This document shows, in pieces, positions 15,001 to 30,000 of a DNA stretch of 64,000 nt (positions within the stretch are counted from its first letter, which is position 1; every line of letters starts with the position of its first letter). The stretch is from NCBI GenBank assembly GCA_964057225.1, contig OZ059895.1, positions 19,344,001 to 19,408,000 of the forward strand. Reading direction: 5' to 3'. A program made the translations under genes and the position numbers. Below the pieces are notes generated by a model. It did no database searches. It was not told where the DNA came from and was given only the letters and a program-made list of their open reading frames with translations. This DNA comes from Auanema rhodensis (Eukaryota; Animalia; Nematoda).

Positions 15001-18000
15001 ACCACGCACCAATATCAATAATGTTATGTTTTTAGACTAATATGGACATGGGGAATCTAATTTTGAAAACCGCATCTCTTTATCTTTCACGGGAAGCGAG
15101 TTACATACCATTTGCACATCACGTGTATATATAATTAGCATAAATTAAAGTTCACGTAAATTTCAAAGTCATGGTTACCATGCACCAATATCAATAAAAA
15201 TTTGTTTTTAGACTAATATGGACATGGGGAATCTAATTTTGAAAACCGCATCTCTTTATCTTTCACGGGAAGCGAGTTACATACCATTTGCACATCACGT
15301 GTATATATAATTAGCATAAATTAAAGTTCACGTAAATTTCAAAGTCATTGTTACCACGCACCAATATCAATAATGTTATGTTTTTAGACTAATATGGACA
15401 TGGGGAATCTAATTTTGAAATCCGCATCTCTTCATCTTTCACGTGAAGCGAGTTACATACCACGTGCACATCACGTGTACAATTAATTAGCATAAATTAA
15501 AGTTCACGTAAATTTCACAGTCATGGTTACCATGCACCAATATCAATAAAAATTTGTTTTTAGACTAATATGGACATGGGGAATCTAATTTTGAGAACCG
15601 CATCTTTTTATTTTTCACGGGAAGCGAGTTACACACCATGTGCACATCACGTGTACATTTAATTAGCATAACTTAAAGTTCACGTAAATTTCAAAGTCAT
15701 GGTTACCATGCACCAATATCATTAAAAATTTGTTTTTAGACTAATATGGACATGGGGAATCTAATTTTGAAAACCGCATCTTTTTATCTTTCACGGGAAG
15801 CGAGTTACATACCATGTGCACATCACGTGTACACTTAATTAGCATAAATTAAAGTTCACGTAAATTTCAAAGTCATGGTTAACATGCACCAATATCGATA
15901 AAAATTTGTTTTAAGACTAATATGGACATGAGAAATCTAATTTTGAAAACCGCATCTCTTCATCTTTCACGTGAAGCGAGTTACATACCAAGTACACATC
16001 ACGTGTACATTTAATTAGCATAAATTAAAGTTCACGTAAATTTCAAAGTCATGGTTAACATGCACCAATATCAATAAAAATTTGTTTTTAGACTAATATG
16101 GACATGGGGAATCTAATTTTGAAAACCGCATCTTTTTATCTTTCACGGGAAGCGAGTTACATACCATGTGCACATCACGTGTATATACATATAATTAGCA
16201 TGAATTAAAGTTCACGTAAATTTTAAAGTCATGGTTACCATGCACCAATATCAATAAAAATTTGTTTTTAGACTAATATGGACATGGGGAATCTAATTTT
16301 GAAAACCGCATCTCTTTATCTTTCACGGGAAGCGAGTTACATACCGTTTGCACATCACGTGTATATATAATTAGCATAAATTAAAGTTCACGTAAATTTC
16401 AAAGTCATGGTTACCATACACCGATATCAATAATGTTATGGTTTTAGACTAATATGGACATGGGGAATCTAATTTTGAAAACCGCATCTCTTTATCTTTC
16501 ACGGGAAGCGAGTTACATACCATTTGCACATCACGTGTATATATAATTAGCATAAATTAAAGTTCACGTAAATTTCAAAGTCATGGTTACCATGCACCAA
16601 TATCAATAAAAATTTGTTTTTAGACTAATATGGACATGGGGAATCTAATTTTGAAAACCGCATCTTTTTATCTTTCACGGGAAGCGAGTTACATACCATG
16701 TGCACAGCACGTGTACAATTAATTAGCATAAATTAAAGTTCACGTAAATTTCAAAGTCATTGTTACCATGCACCAATATCAATAAAAATTTGTTTTTAGA
16801 CTAATATGGACATGGGGAATCTAATTTTGAGAACCGCATCTCTCTATCTTTCACGGAAAGCGAGTTACATACCACGTGCACATCACGTGTACATTTAATT
16901 AGCATAAATTAAAGTTCACGTAAATTTGAAATTCATGGTAACCATACACCGATATCAATAATGTTTTGTTTTTAGACTAATATGGACATGGGGAATCTAA
17001 TTTTGAAAACCGCATCTTTTTATCTTTCACGGGAAGCGAGTTACATACCATGTGCACATCACGTGTACAATAAATTAGCATAAATTAAAGTTCACGTAAA
17101 TTTGAAATTCATGGTAACCATACACCGATATCAATAATGTTTTGTTTTTAGACTAATATGGACATGAGGAATCTAATTTTGAAAACCGCATCTTTTTATC
17201 TTTCACGGGAAGCGAGTTACATACCATGTGCACATCACGTGTATATACATATAATTAGCATGAATTAAAGTTCACGTAAATTTCAAAGTCATGGTTACCA
17301 TGCACCAATATCAATAAAAATTTGTTTTTAGACTAATATGGACATGGGGAATCTAATTTTGAAAACCGCATCTTTTTATCTTTCACGGGAAGCGAGTTAC
17401 ATACCATGTGCACATCACGTGTATATATAATTAGCATAAATTAAAGTTCACGTAAATTTCAAAGTCATGGTTACCATGCACCAATATCAATAAAAATTTG
17501 TTTTTAGACTAATATGGACATGGGGAATCTAATTTTGAAAACCGCATCTTTTTATCTTTCACGGGAAGCGAGTTACATACCATGTGCACAGCACGTGTAC
17601 AATTAATTAGCATAAATTAAAGTTCACGTAAATTTCAAAGTCATTGTTACCACGCACCAATATCAATAATGTTATGTTTTTAGACTAATATGTACATGGG
17701 GAATCTAATTTTGAAAACCGCATCTCTTTATCTTTCACGGGAAGCGAGTTACATACCACGTGCACATCACGTGTACATTTAATTAGCATAAATTAAAGTT
17801 CACGTAAATTTCAAAGTCATTGTTACCATGCACCAATATCAATAAAAATTTGTTTTTAGACTAATATGGACATGGGGAATCTAATTTTGAGAACCGCATC
17901 TCTTTATCTTTCACGGAAAGCGAGTTACATACCACGTGCACATCACGTGTACATTTAATTAGCATAAATTAAAGTTCACGTAAATTTCAAAGTCATTGTT

Positions 18001-21000
18001 ACCATGCACCAATATCAATAAAAATTTGTTTTTAGACTAATATGGACATGGGGAATCTAATTTTGAGAACCGCATCTCTTTATCTTTCACGGAAAGCGAG
18101 TTACATACCAAGTGCACATCACGTGTATATATAATTAGCATAAATTAAAGTTCACGTAAATTTCAAAGTCATGGTTACCATACACCGATATCAATAATGT
18201 TATGGTTTTAGACTAATATGGACATGGGGAATCTAATTTTGAAAACCACATCTCTTTATCTTTCACGGGAAGCGAGTTACATACCATTTGCACATCACGT
18301 GAATATATAATTAGCATCAATTAAAGTTCACGTAAATTTCAAAGTCATGGTTACCATGCACCAATATCAATAAAAATTTGTTTTTAGACTAATATGGACA
18401 TGGGGAATCTAATTTTGAAAACCGCATCTTTTTATCTTTCACGGGAAGCGAGTTACATACCATTTGCACATCACGTGTATATATAATTAGCATAAATTAA
18501 AGTTCACGTAAATTTCAAAGTCATGGTTACCATGCACCAATATCAATAAAAATTTGTTTTTAGACTAATATGGACATGGGGAATCTAATTTTGAAAACCG
18601 CATCTCTTTATCTTTCACGGGAAGCGAGTTACATACCATGTGCACATCACGTGTACAATTAATTAGCATAAATTAAAGTTCACGTAAATTTCAAAGTCAT
18701 TGTTACCACGCACCAATATCAATAATGTTATGTTTTTAGACTAATATGGACATGGGGAATCTAATTTTGAAAACCGCATCTTTTTATCTTTCACGGGAAG
18801 CGAGTTACATACCATGTGCACATCACGTGTACAATTAATTAGCATAACTTAAAGTTCACGTAAATTTGAAATTCATGGTAACCATACACCGATATCAATA
18901 ATGTTATGTTTTTAGACTAATATGGACATAGGGAATCTAATTTTGAAAACCGCATCTCTTTATCTTTCACGGGAAGCGAGTTACATACCACGTGCACATC
19001 ACGTGTATATATAATTAGCATAAATTAAAGTTCACGTAAATTTCAAAGTCATTGTTACCATGCACCAATATCAATAAAAATTTGTTTTTAGACTAATATG
19101 GACATGGGGAATCTAATTTTGAAAACCGCATCTCTTTATCTTTCACGGGAAGCGAGTTACATACCATGTGCACATCACGTGTACAATTAATTAGCATAAA
19201 TTAAAGTTCACGTAAATTTCAAAGTCATTGTTACCACGCACCAATATCAATAATGTTATGTTTTTAGACTAATATGGACATGGGGAATCTAATTTTGAAA
19301 ACCGCATCTTTTTATCTTTCACGGGAAGCGAGTTACATACCATGTGCACATCACGTGTACAATTAATTAGCATAACTTAAAGTTCACGTAAATTTGAAAT
19401 TCATGGTAACCATACACCGATATCAATAATGTTATGTTTTTAGACTAATATGGACATAGGGAATCTAATTTTGAAAACCGCATCTCTTTATCTTTCACGG
19501 GAAGCGAGTTACATACCACGTGCACATCACGTGTATATATAATTAGCATAAATTAAAGTTCACGTAAATTTCAAAGTCATGGTTACCATACACCGATATC
19601 AATAATGTTATGGTTTTAGACTAATATGGACATGGGGAATCTAATTTTGAAAACCGCATCTCTTTATCTTTCACGGGAAGCGAGTTACATACCACGTGCA
19701 CATCACGTGTACATTTAATTAGCATAAATTAAAGTTCACGTAAATTTCAAAGTCATTGTTACCACGCACCAATATCAATAATGTTATGTTTTTAGACTAA
19801 TATGGACATGGGGAATCTAATTTTGAAAACCGCATCTCTTTATCTTTCACGGGAAGCGAGTTACATACCACGTGCACATCACGTGTACATTTAATTAGCA
19901 TAAATTAAAGTTCACGTAAATTTCAAAGTCATTGTTACCATGCACCAATATCAATAAAAATTTGTTTTTAGACTAATATGGACATGGGGAATCTAATTTT
20001 GATAACTGCATCTCTTTATCTTTCACGTTAAGCGAGTTACATACCATGTGCACATCACGTGTACAATAAATTAGCATAAATTAAAGTTCACGTAAATTTG
20101 AAATTCATGGTAACCATACACCGATATCAATAATGTTTTGTTTTTAGACTAATATGGACATGGGGAATCTAATTTTGAAAACCGCATCTTTTTATCTTTC
20201 ACGTGAAGCGAGTTACATACCATGTGCACATCACGTGTACAATTAATTAGCATAACTTAAAGTTCACGTAAATTTGAAATTCATGGTAACCATACACCGA
20301 TATCAATAATGTTTTGTTTTTAGACTAATATGGACATGGGGAATCTAATTTTGAAAACCGCATCTTTTTATCTTTCACGGGAAGCGAGTTACATACCATG
20401 TGCACATCACGTGTACAATTAATTAGCATAAATTAAAGTTCACGTAAATTTCAAAGTCATGGTTACCATGCACCAATATCAATAAAAATTTGTTTTTAGA
20501 CTAATATGGACATGGGGAATCTAATTCTGAAAACCGCATCTCTTTATCTTTCACGGGAAGCGAGTTATTACATATCATTTGCACATCACGTGTATATATA
20601 ATTAGCATAAATTAAAGTTCACGTAAATTTCAAAGTCATGGTTACCATGCACCAATATCAATAAAAATTTGTTTTTAGACTAATATGGACATGAGAAATC
20701 TAATTTTGAAAACCGCATCTCTTCATCTTTCACGTGAAGCGAGTTACATACCAAGTGCACATCACGTGTACATTTAATTAGCATAAATTAAAGTTCACGT
20801 AAATTTCAAAGTCATGGTTACCATGCACCAATATCAATAAAAATTTGTTTTTAGACTAATATGGACATGGGGAATCTAATTTTGAAAACCGCATCTTTTT
20901 GTCTTTCACGGGAAGCGAGTTACATACCATGTGCACATCACGTGTACAATTAATTAGCATAAATTAAAGTTCACGTAAATTTCAAAGTCATGGTTAACAT

Positions 21001-24000
21001 GCACCAATATCGATAAAAATTTGTTTTAAGACTAATATGGACATGAGAAATCTAATTTTGAAAACCGCATCTCTTCATCTTTCACGTGAAGCGAGTTACA
21101 TACCAAGTGCACATCACGTGTACATTTAATTAGCATAAATTAAAGTTCACGTAAATTTCAAAGTCATGGTTAACATGCACCAATATCAATAAAAATTTGT
21201 TTTTAGACTAATATGGACATGGGGAATCTACTTTTGAAAACCGCATCTCTTCATCTTTCACGTGAAGCGAGTTACATACCAAGTGCACATCACGTGTACA
21301 CTCAATTAGCTTAAATTAAAGTTCACGTAAATTTCAAAGTAAAGGTTAACATGCACCAATATCGATAAAAATTTGTTTTTAGACTAATATGGACATGAGA
21401 AATCTAATTTTGAAAACCGCATCTCTTCATCTTTCACGTGAAGCGAGTTACATACCAAGTGCACATCACGTGTACATTTAATTAGCATAAATTAAAGTTC
21501 ACGTAAATTTCAAAGTCATGGTTAACATGCACCAATATCGATAAAAATTTGTTTTAAGACTAATATGGACATGAGAAATCTAATTTTGAAAACCGCATCT
21601 CTTCATCTTTCACGTGAAGCGAGTTACATACCAAGTGTACATCACGTGTACACTCAATTAGCTTAAATTAAAGTTCACGTAAATTTCAAAGTCATGGTTA
21701 ACATGCACCAATATCAATAAAAATTTGTTTTAAGACTAATATGGACATGAGAAATCTAATATTGGAAACTGCATCTCTTCATCTTTCACGTGAAGCGAGT
21801 TACATACCAAGTGCACATCACGTGTACACTCAATTAGCTTAAATTAAAGTTCACGTAAATTTCAAAGTAAAGGTTAACATGCACCAATATCGATAAAAAT
21901 TTGTTTTTAGACTAATATGGACATGAGAAATCTAATTTTGAAAACCGCATCTCTTCATCTTTCACGTGAAGCGAGTTACATACCAAGTGCACATCACGTG
22001 TACATTTAATTAGCATAAATTAAAGTTCACGTAAATTTCAAAGTCATGGTTAACATGCACCAATATCAATAATGTTATGTTTTTAGACTAATATGGACAT
22101 GGGGAATCTAATTTTGAAAACCGCATCTCTTTATCTTTCACGTGAAGCGAGTTACATACCAAGTGCACATCACGTGTACACTCAATTAGCTTAAATTAAA
22201 GTTCACGTAAATTTCAAAGTAATGGTTAACATGCACCAATATCGATAAAAATTTGTTTTTAGACTAATATGGACATGAGAAATCTAATTTTGAAAACCGC
22301 ATCTCTTCATCTTTCACGTGAAGCGAGTTACATACCAAGTGCACATCACGTGTACATTTAATTAGCATAAATTAAAGTTCACGTAAATTTCAAAGTCATG
22401 GTTAACATGCACCAATATCGATAAAAATTTGTTTTAAGACTAATATGGACATGAGAAATCTAATTTTGAAAACCGCATCTCTTCATCTTTCACGTGAAGC
22501 GAGTTACATACCAAGTGCACATCACGTGTACACTCAATTAGCTTAAATTAAAGTTCACGTAAATTTCAAAGTAATGGTTACCATGCACCAATATCAATAA
22601 AAATTTGTTTTAAGACTAATATGGACATAAGAAATCTAATATTGGAAACCGCATCTCTTCATCTTTCACGTGAAGCGAGTTACATACCAAGTGCACATCA
22701 CGTGTACATTCAATTAGCATAAATTAAAGTTCACGTAAATTTCAAAGTCATGGTTACCATGCACCAATATCAATAAAAACTTGTTTTTAGACTAATATGG
22801 ACATGGGGAATCTACATTTGAAAACCACATCTCTTTATCTTTCACGTGAAGCGAGTTACATACCAAGTGCACATCACGTGTACATTTAATTAGCATAAAT
22901 TAAAGTTCACGTAAATTTCAAAGTCATGGTTAACATGCACCAATATCAATAAAAATTTGTTTTTAGACTAATATGGACATGGGGAATATATTTTTGAAAA
23001 CCGCATCTCTTTCTCTTTGACGTGAAGCGAGTTACATACCAAGTGCACATCACGTGTACACTTAATTAGCATAAATTAAAGTTCACGTAAATTTCAAAGT
23101 CATGGTTACCATGCACCAATATCAATAAAAATTTGTTTTTAGACTAATATGGACATGGGGAATCTAATTTTGAAAACCGCATCTCTTTCTCTTTCACGTG
23201 AAGCGAGTTACATACCAAGTGCACATCACGTGTACATTTAATTAGCATAAATTAAGGTCACGTAAATATCAAAGTCATGGTTACCATGCACCAATATCAA
23301 TCAAAATTTGTTTTTAGACTAATATGGACATGGGGAATCTAATTTTGAAAACCGCATCTCTTTATCTTTCACGTGAAGCGAGTTACATACCAAGTGCACA
23401 TCACGTGTACATTTAATTAGCATAAATTAAAGTTCACGTAAATATCAAAGTCATGGTTACCATGCACCAATATCAATAAAAACTTGTTTTTAGACTAATA
23501 TGGACATGGGGAATCTAATTTTGAAAACCGCATCTCTTCATCTTTCACGTGAAGCGAGTTACATACCAAGTGCACATCACGTGTACACTTAATTAGCATA
23601 AATTAAAGTTCACGTAAATTTCAAAGTCATGGTTAACATGCACCAATATCGATAAAAATTTGTTTTAAGACTAATATGGACATGAGAAATCTAATTTTGA
23701 AAACCGCATCTCTTCATCTTTCACGTGAAGCGAGTTACATACCAAGTGCACATCACGTGTACATTTAATTAGCATAAATTAAAGTTCACGTAAATTTCAA
23801 AGTCATGGTTACCATGCACCAATATCAATAAAAACTTGTTTTTAGACTAATATGGACATGGGGAATCTACATTTGAAAACCACATCTCTTTATCTTTCAC
23901 GTGAAGCGAGTTACATACCAAGTGCACATCACGTGTACATTTAATTAGCATAAATTAAAGTTCACGTAAATTTCAAAGTCATGGTTAACATGCACCAATA

Positions 24001-27000
24001 TCAATAAAAATTTGTTTTTAGACTAATATGGACATGGGGAATCTAATTTTGAAAACCGCATCTCTTTCTCTTTGACGTGAAGCGAGTTACATACCAAGTG
24101 CACATCACGTGTACACTTAATTAGCATAAATTAAAGTTCACGTAAATTTCAAAGTCATGGTTACCATGCACCAATATCAATAAAAATTTGTTTTTAGACT
24201 AATATGGACATGGGGAATCTAATTTTGAAAACCGCATCTCTTTCTCTTTCACGTGAAGCGAGTTACATACCAAGTGCACATCACGTGTACATTTAATTAG
24301 CATAAATTAAGGTCACGTAAATATCAAAGTCATGGTTACCATGCACCAATATCAATCAAAATTTGTTTTTAGACTAATATGGACATGGGGAATCTAATTT
24401 TGAAAACCGCATCTCTTTATCTTTCACGTGAAGCGAGTTACATACCAAGTGCACATCACGTGTACATTTAATTAGCATAAATTAAAGTTCACGTAAATAT
24501 CAAAGTCATGGTTACCATGCACCAATATCAATAAAAACTTGTTTTTAGACTAATATGGACATGGGGAATCTAATTTTGAAAACCGCATCTCTTCATCTTT
24601 CACGTGAAGCGAGTTACATACCAAGTGCACATCACGTGTACACTTAATTAGCATAAATTAAAGTTCACGTAAATTTCAAAGTCATGGTTAACATGCACCA
24701 ATATCGATAAAAATTTGTTTTAAGACTAATATGGACATGAGAAATCTAATTTTGAAAACCGCATCTCTTCATCTTTCACGTGAAGCGAGTTACATACCAA
24801 GTGCACATCACGTGTACATTTAATTAGCATAAATTAAAGTTCACGTAAATTTCAAAGTCATGGTTACCATGCACCAATATCAATAAAAACTTGTTTTTAG
24901 ACTAATATGGACATGGGGAATCTACATTTGAAAACCACATCTCTTTATCTTTCACGTGAAGCGAGTTACATACCAAGTGTACATCACGTGTACACTCAAT
25001 TAGCTTAAATTAAAGTTCACGTAAATTTCAAAGTCATGGTTAACATGCACCAATATCATTAAAAATTTGTTTTTAGACTAATATGGACATGGGGAATCTA
25101 ATTTTGAAAACCGCATCTCTTTATCTTTCACGTGAAGCGAGTTACATACCAAGTGCACATCACGTGTACACTCAATTAGCTTAAATTAAAGTTCACGTAA
25201 ATTTCAAAGTAATGGTTAACATGCACCAATATCGATAAAAATTTGTTTTTAGACTAATATGGACATGAGAAATCTAATTTTGAAAACCGCATCTCTTCAT
25301 CTTTCACGTGAAGCGAGTTACATACCAAGTGCACATCACGTGTACATTTAATTAGCATAAATTAAAGTTCACGTAAATTTCAAAGTCATGGTTAACATGC
25401 ACCAATATCGATAAAAATTTGTTTTAAGACTAATATGGACATGAGAAATCTAATTTTGAAAACCGCATCTCTTCATCTTTCACGTGAAGCGAGTTACATA
25501 CCAAGTGCACATCACGTGTACACTCAATTAGCTTAAATTAAAGTTCACGTAAATTTCAAAGTAATGGTTACCATGCACCAATATCAATAAAAATTTGTTT
25601 TAAGACTAATATGGACATGAGAAATCTAATATTGGAAACCGCATCTCTTCATCTTTCACGTGAAGCGAGTTACATACCAAGTGCACATCACGTGTACACT
25701 TAATTAGCATAAATTAAAGTTCACGTAAATTTCAAAGTCATGGTTACCATGCACCAATATCAATAAAAATTTGTTTTTAGACTAATATGGACATGGGGAA
25801 TCTAATTTTGAAAACCGCATCTCTTTCTCTTTCACGTGAAGCGAGTTACATACCAAGTGCACATCACGTGTACATTTAATTAGCATAAATTAAAGTTCAC
25901 GTAAATTTCAAAGTCATGGTTAACATGCACCAATATCAATAAAAATTTGTTTTTAGACTAATATGGACATGGGGAATCTAATTTTGAAAACCGCATCTCT
26001 TTCTCTTTGACGTGAAGCGAGTTACATACCAAGTGCACATCACGTGTACACTTAATTAGCATAAATTAAAGTTCACGTAAATTTCAAAGTCATGGTTACC
26101 ATGCACCAATATCAATAAAAATTTGTTTTTAGACTAATATGGACATGGGGAATCTAATTTTGAAAACCGCATCTCTTTCTCTTTCACGTGAAGCGAGTTA
26201 CATACCAAGTGCACATCACGTGTACATTTAATTAGCATAAATTAAGGTCACGTAAATATCAAAGTCATGGTTAACATGCACCAATATCGATAAAAATTTG
26301 TTTTAAGACTAATATGGACATGAGAAATCTAATTTTGAAAACCGCATCTCTTCATCTTTCACGTGAAGCGAGTTACATACCAAGTGCACATCACGTGTAC
26401 ACTTAATTAGCATAAATTAAAGTTCACGTAAATTTCAAAGTCATGGTTACCATGCACCAATATCAATAAAAATTTGTTTTTAGACTAATATGGACATGGG
26501 GAATCTAATTTTGAAAACCGCATCTCTTTATCTTTCACGTGAAGCGAGTTACATACCAAGTGCACATCACGTGTACATTTAATTAGCATAAATTAAAGTT
26601 CACGTAAATATCAAAGTCATGGTTACCATGCACCAATATCAATAAAAACTTGTTTTTAGACTAATATGGACATGGGGAATCTAATTTTGAAAACCGCATC
26701 TCTTCATCTTTCACGTGAAGCGAGTTACATACCAAGTGCACATCACGTGTACACTTAATTAGCATAAATTAAAGTTCACGTAAATTTCAAAGTCATGGTT
26801 AACATGCACCAATATCGATAAAAATTTGGTTTAAGACTAATATGGACATGAGAAATCTAATTTTGAAAACCGCATCTCTTCATCTTTCACGTGAAGCGAG
26901 TTACATACCAAGTGCACATCACGTGTACATTTAATTAGCATAAATTAAAGTTCACGTAAATTTCAAAGTCATGGTTACCATGCACCAATATCAATAAAAA

Positions 27001-30000
27001 CTTGTTTTTAGACTAATATGGACATGGGGAATCTACATTTGAAAACCACATCTCTTTATCTTTCACGTGAAGCGAGTTACATACCAAGTGCACATCACGT
27101 GTACATTTAATTAGCATAAATTAAAGTTCACGTAAATTTCAAAGTAATGGTTACCATGCACCAATATCAATAAAAATTTGTTTTAAGACTAATATGGACA
27201 TGAGAAATCTATTTTTGAAAAACGCATCTCTTCATCTTTCACGTGAAGCAAGTTACATACCAAGGGCACATCACGTGTACACTTAATTAGCATAAATCAA
27301 AGTTCACGTAAATTTCAAAGTCATGGTTACCATGCACCAATATCAATAAAAATTTGTTTTTAGACTAATATGGACATGGGGAATCTAATTTTGAAAACCG
27401 CATCTCTTTCTCTTTCACGTGAAGCGAGTTACATATCAAGTGCACATCACGTGTACACTTAATTAGCATAAATTAAAGTTCACGTAAATTTCAAAGTCAT
27501 GGTTACCATGCACCAATATCAATAAAAATTTGTTTTTAGACTAATATGGACATGGGGAATCTAATTTTGAAAACCGCATCTCTTTCTCTTTCACGTGAAG
27601 CGAGTTACATACCAAGTGCACATCACGTGTACATTTAATTAGCATAAATTAAGGTCACGTAAATATCAAAGTCATGGTTACCATGCACCAATATCAATCA
27701 AAATTTGTTTTAAGACTAATATGGACATGAGAAATCTATTTTTGAAAACCGCATCTCTTCATCTTTCACGTGAAGCAAGTTACATACCAAGTGCACATCA
27801 CGTGTACATTTAATTAGCATAAATTAAAGTTCACGTAAATATCAAAGTCATGGTTACCATGCACCAATATCAATAAAAACTTGTTTTTAGACTAATATGG
27901 ACATGGGGAATCTAATTTTGAAAACCGCATCTCTTCATCTTTCACGTGAAGCGAGTTACATACCAAGTGCACATCACGTGTACACTTAATTAGCATAAAT
28001 TAAAGTTCACGTAAATTTCAAAGTCATGGTTAACATGCACCAATATCGATAAAAATTTGTTTTAAGACTAATATGGACATGAGAAATCTAATTTTGAAAA
28101 CCGCATCTCTTCATCTTTCACGTGAAGCGAGTTACATACCAAGTGCACATCACGTGTACATTTAATTAGCATAAATTAAAGTTCACGTAAATTTCAAAGT
28201 CATGGTTACCATGCACCAATATCAATAAAAACTTGTTTTTAGACTAATATGGACATGGGGAATCTACATTTGAAAACCACATCTCTTTATCTTTCACGTG
28301 AAGCGAGTTACATACCAAGTGCACATCACGTGTACATTTAATTAGCATAAATTAAAGTTCACGTAAATTTCAAAGTAATGGTTACCATGCACCAATATCA
28401 ATAAAAATTTGTTTTAAGACTAATATGGACATGAGAAATCTATATTTGAAAACCGCATCTCTTCATCTTTCACGTGGAGCAAGTTACATACCAAGTGCAC
28501 ATCACGTGTACATTTAATTAGCATAAATAAAAGTTCACGTAAATTTCAAAGTCATGGTTACCATGCACCAATATCAATAAAAACTTGTTTTTAGACTAAT
28601 ATGGACATGGATAATCTAATTTTGAAAACCGCATCTCTTCATCTTTCACGTGAAGCGAGTTACATACCAAGTGCACATCACGTGTACACTTAATTAGCAT
28701 AAATTAAAGTTCACGTAAATTTCAAAGTCATGGTTAACATGCACCAATATCGATAAAAATTTGTTTTAAGACTAATATGGACATGAGAAATCTAATTTTG
28801 AAAACCGCATCTCTTCATCTTTCACGTGAAGCGAGTTACATACCAAGTGCACATCACGTGTACATTTAATTAGCATAAATTAAAGTTCACGTAAATTTCA
28901 AAGTCATGGTTACCATGCACCAATATCAATAAAAACTTGTTTTTAAACTAATATGGACATGGGGAATCTAATTTTGAAAACCACATCTCTTTATCTTTCA
29001 CGTGAAGCGAGTTACATACCAAGTGCACATCACGTGTACATTTAATTAGCATAAATTAAAATTCACGTAAATTTCAAAGTAATGGTTACCATGCACCAAT
29101 ATCAATAAAAATTTGTTTGAAGACTAATATGGACATGAGAAATCTAATATTGGAAACCGCATCTCTACATCTTTCACGTGAAGCGAGTTACATATCAAGT
29201 GCACATCACGTGTACACTTAATTAGCATAAATTAAAGTTCACGTAAATTTCAAAGTCATGGTTAACATGCACCAATATCAATAAAAATTTGTTTTAAGAC
29301 TAATATGGACATGAGAAATCTAATATTGGAAACCGCATCTCTTCATCTTTCACGTGAAGCGAGTTACATATCAAGTGCACATCACGTGTACACTTAATTA
29401 GCATAAATTAAAGTTCACGTAAATTTCAAAGTCATGGTTAACATGCACAAATATCAATAAAACTTTGTTTTAAGACTAATATGGACATGAGAAATCTAAT
29501 ATTGGAAACCGCATCTCTTCATCTTTCACGTGAAGCGAGTTACATATCAAGTGCACATCACGTGTACACTTAATTAGCATAAATTAAAGTTCACGTAAAT
29601 TTCAAAGTCATGGTTAACATGCACCAATATCAATAAAAATTTGTTTTTAGACTAATATGGACATGGGGAATCTAATTTTGAAAACCACATCTCTTTATCT
29701 TTCACGTGAAGCGAGTTACATACCAAGTGCACATCACGTGTACATTTAATTAGCATAAATTAAAGTTCACGTAAATTTCAAAGTCATGGTTAACATGCAC
29801 CAATATCAATAAAAATTTGTTTTTAGACTAATATGGACATGGGGAATCTAATTTTGAAAACAGCATCTCTTTCTCTTTGACGTGAAGCGAGTTACATACC
29901 AAGTGCACATCACGTGTACATTTAATTAGCATAAATTAAAGTTCACGTAAATTTCAAAGTCATGGTTAACATGCACCAATATCAATAAAAATTTGTTTTT

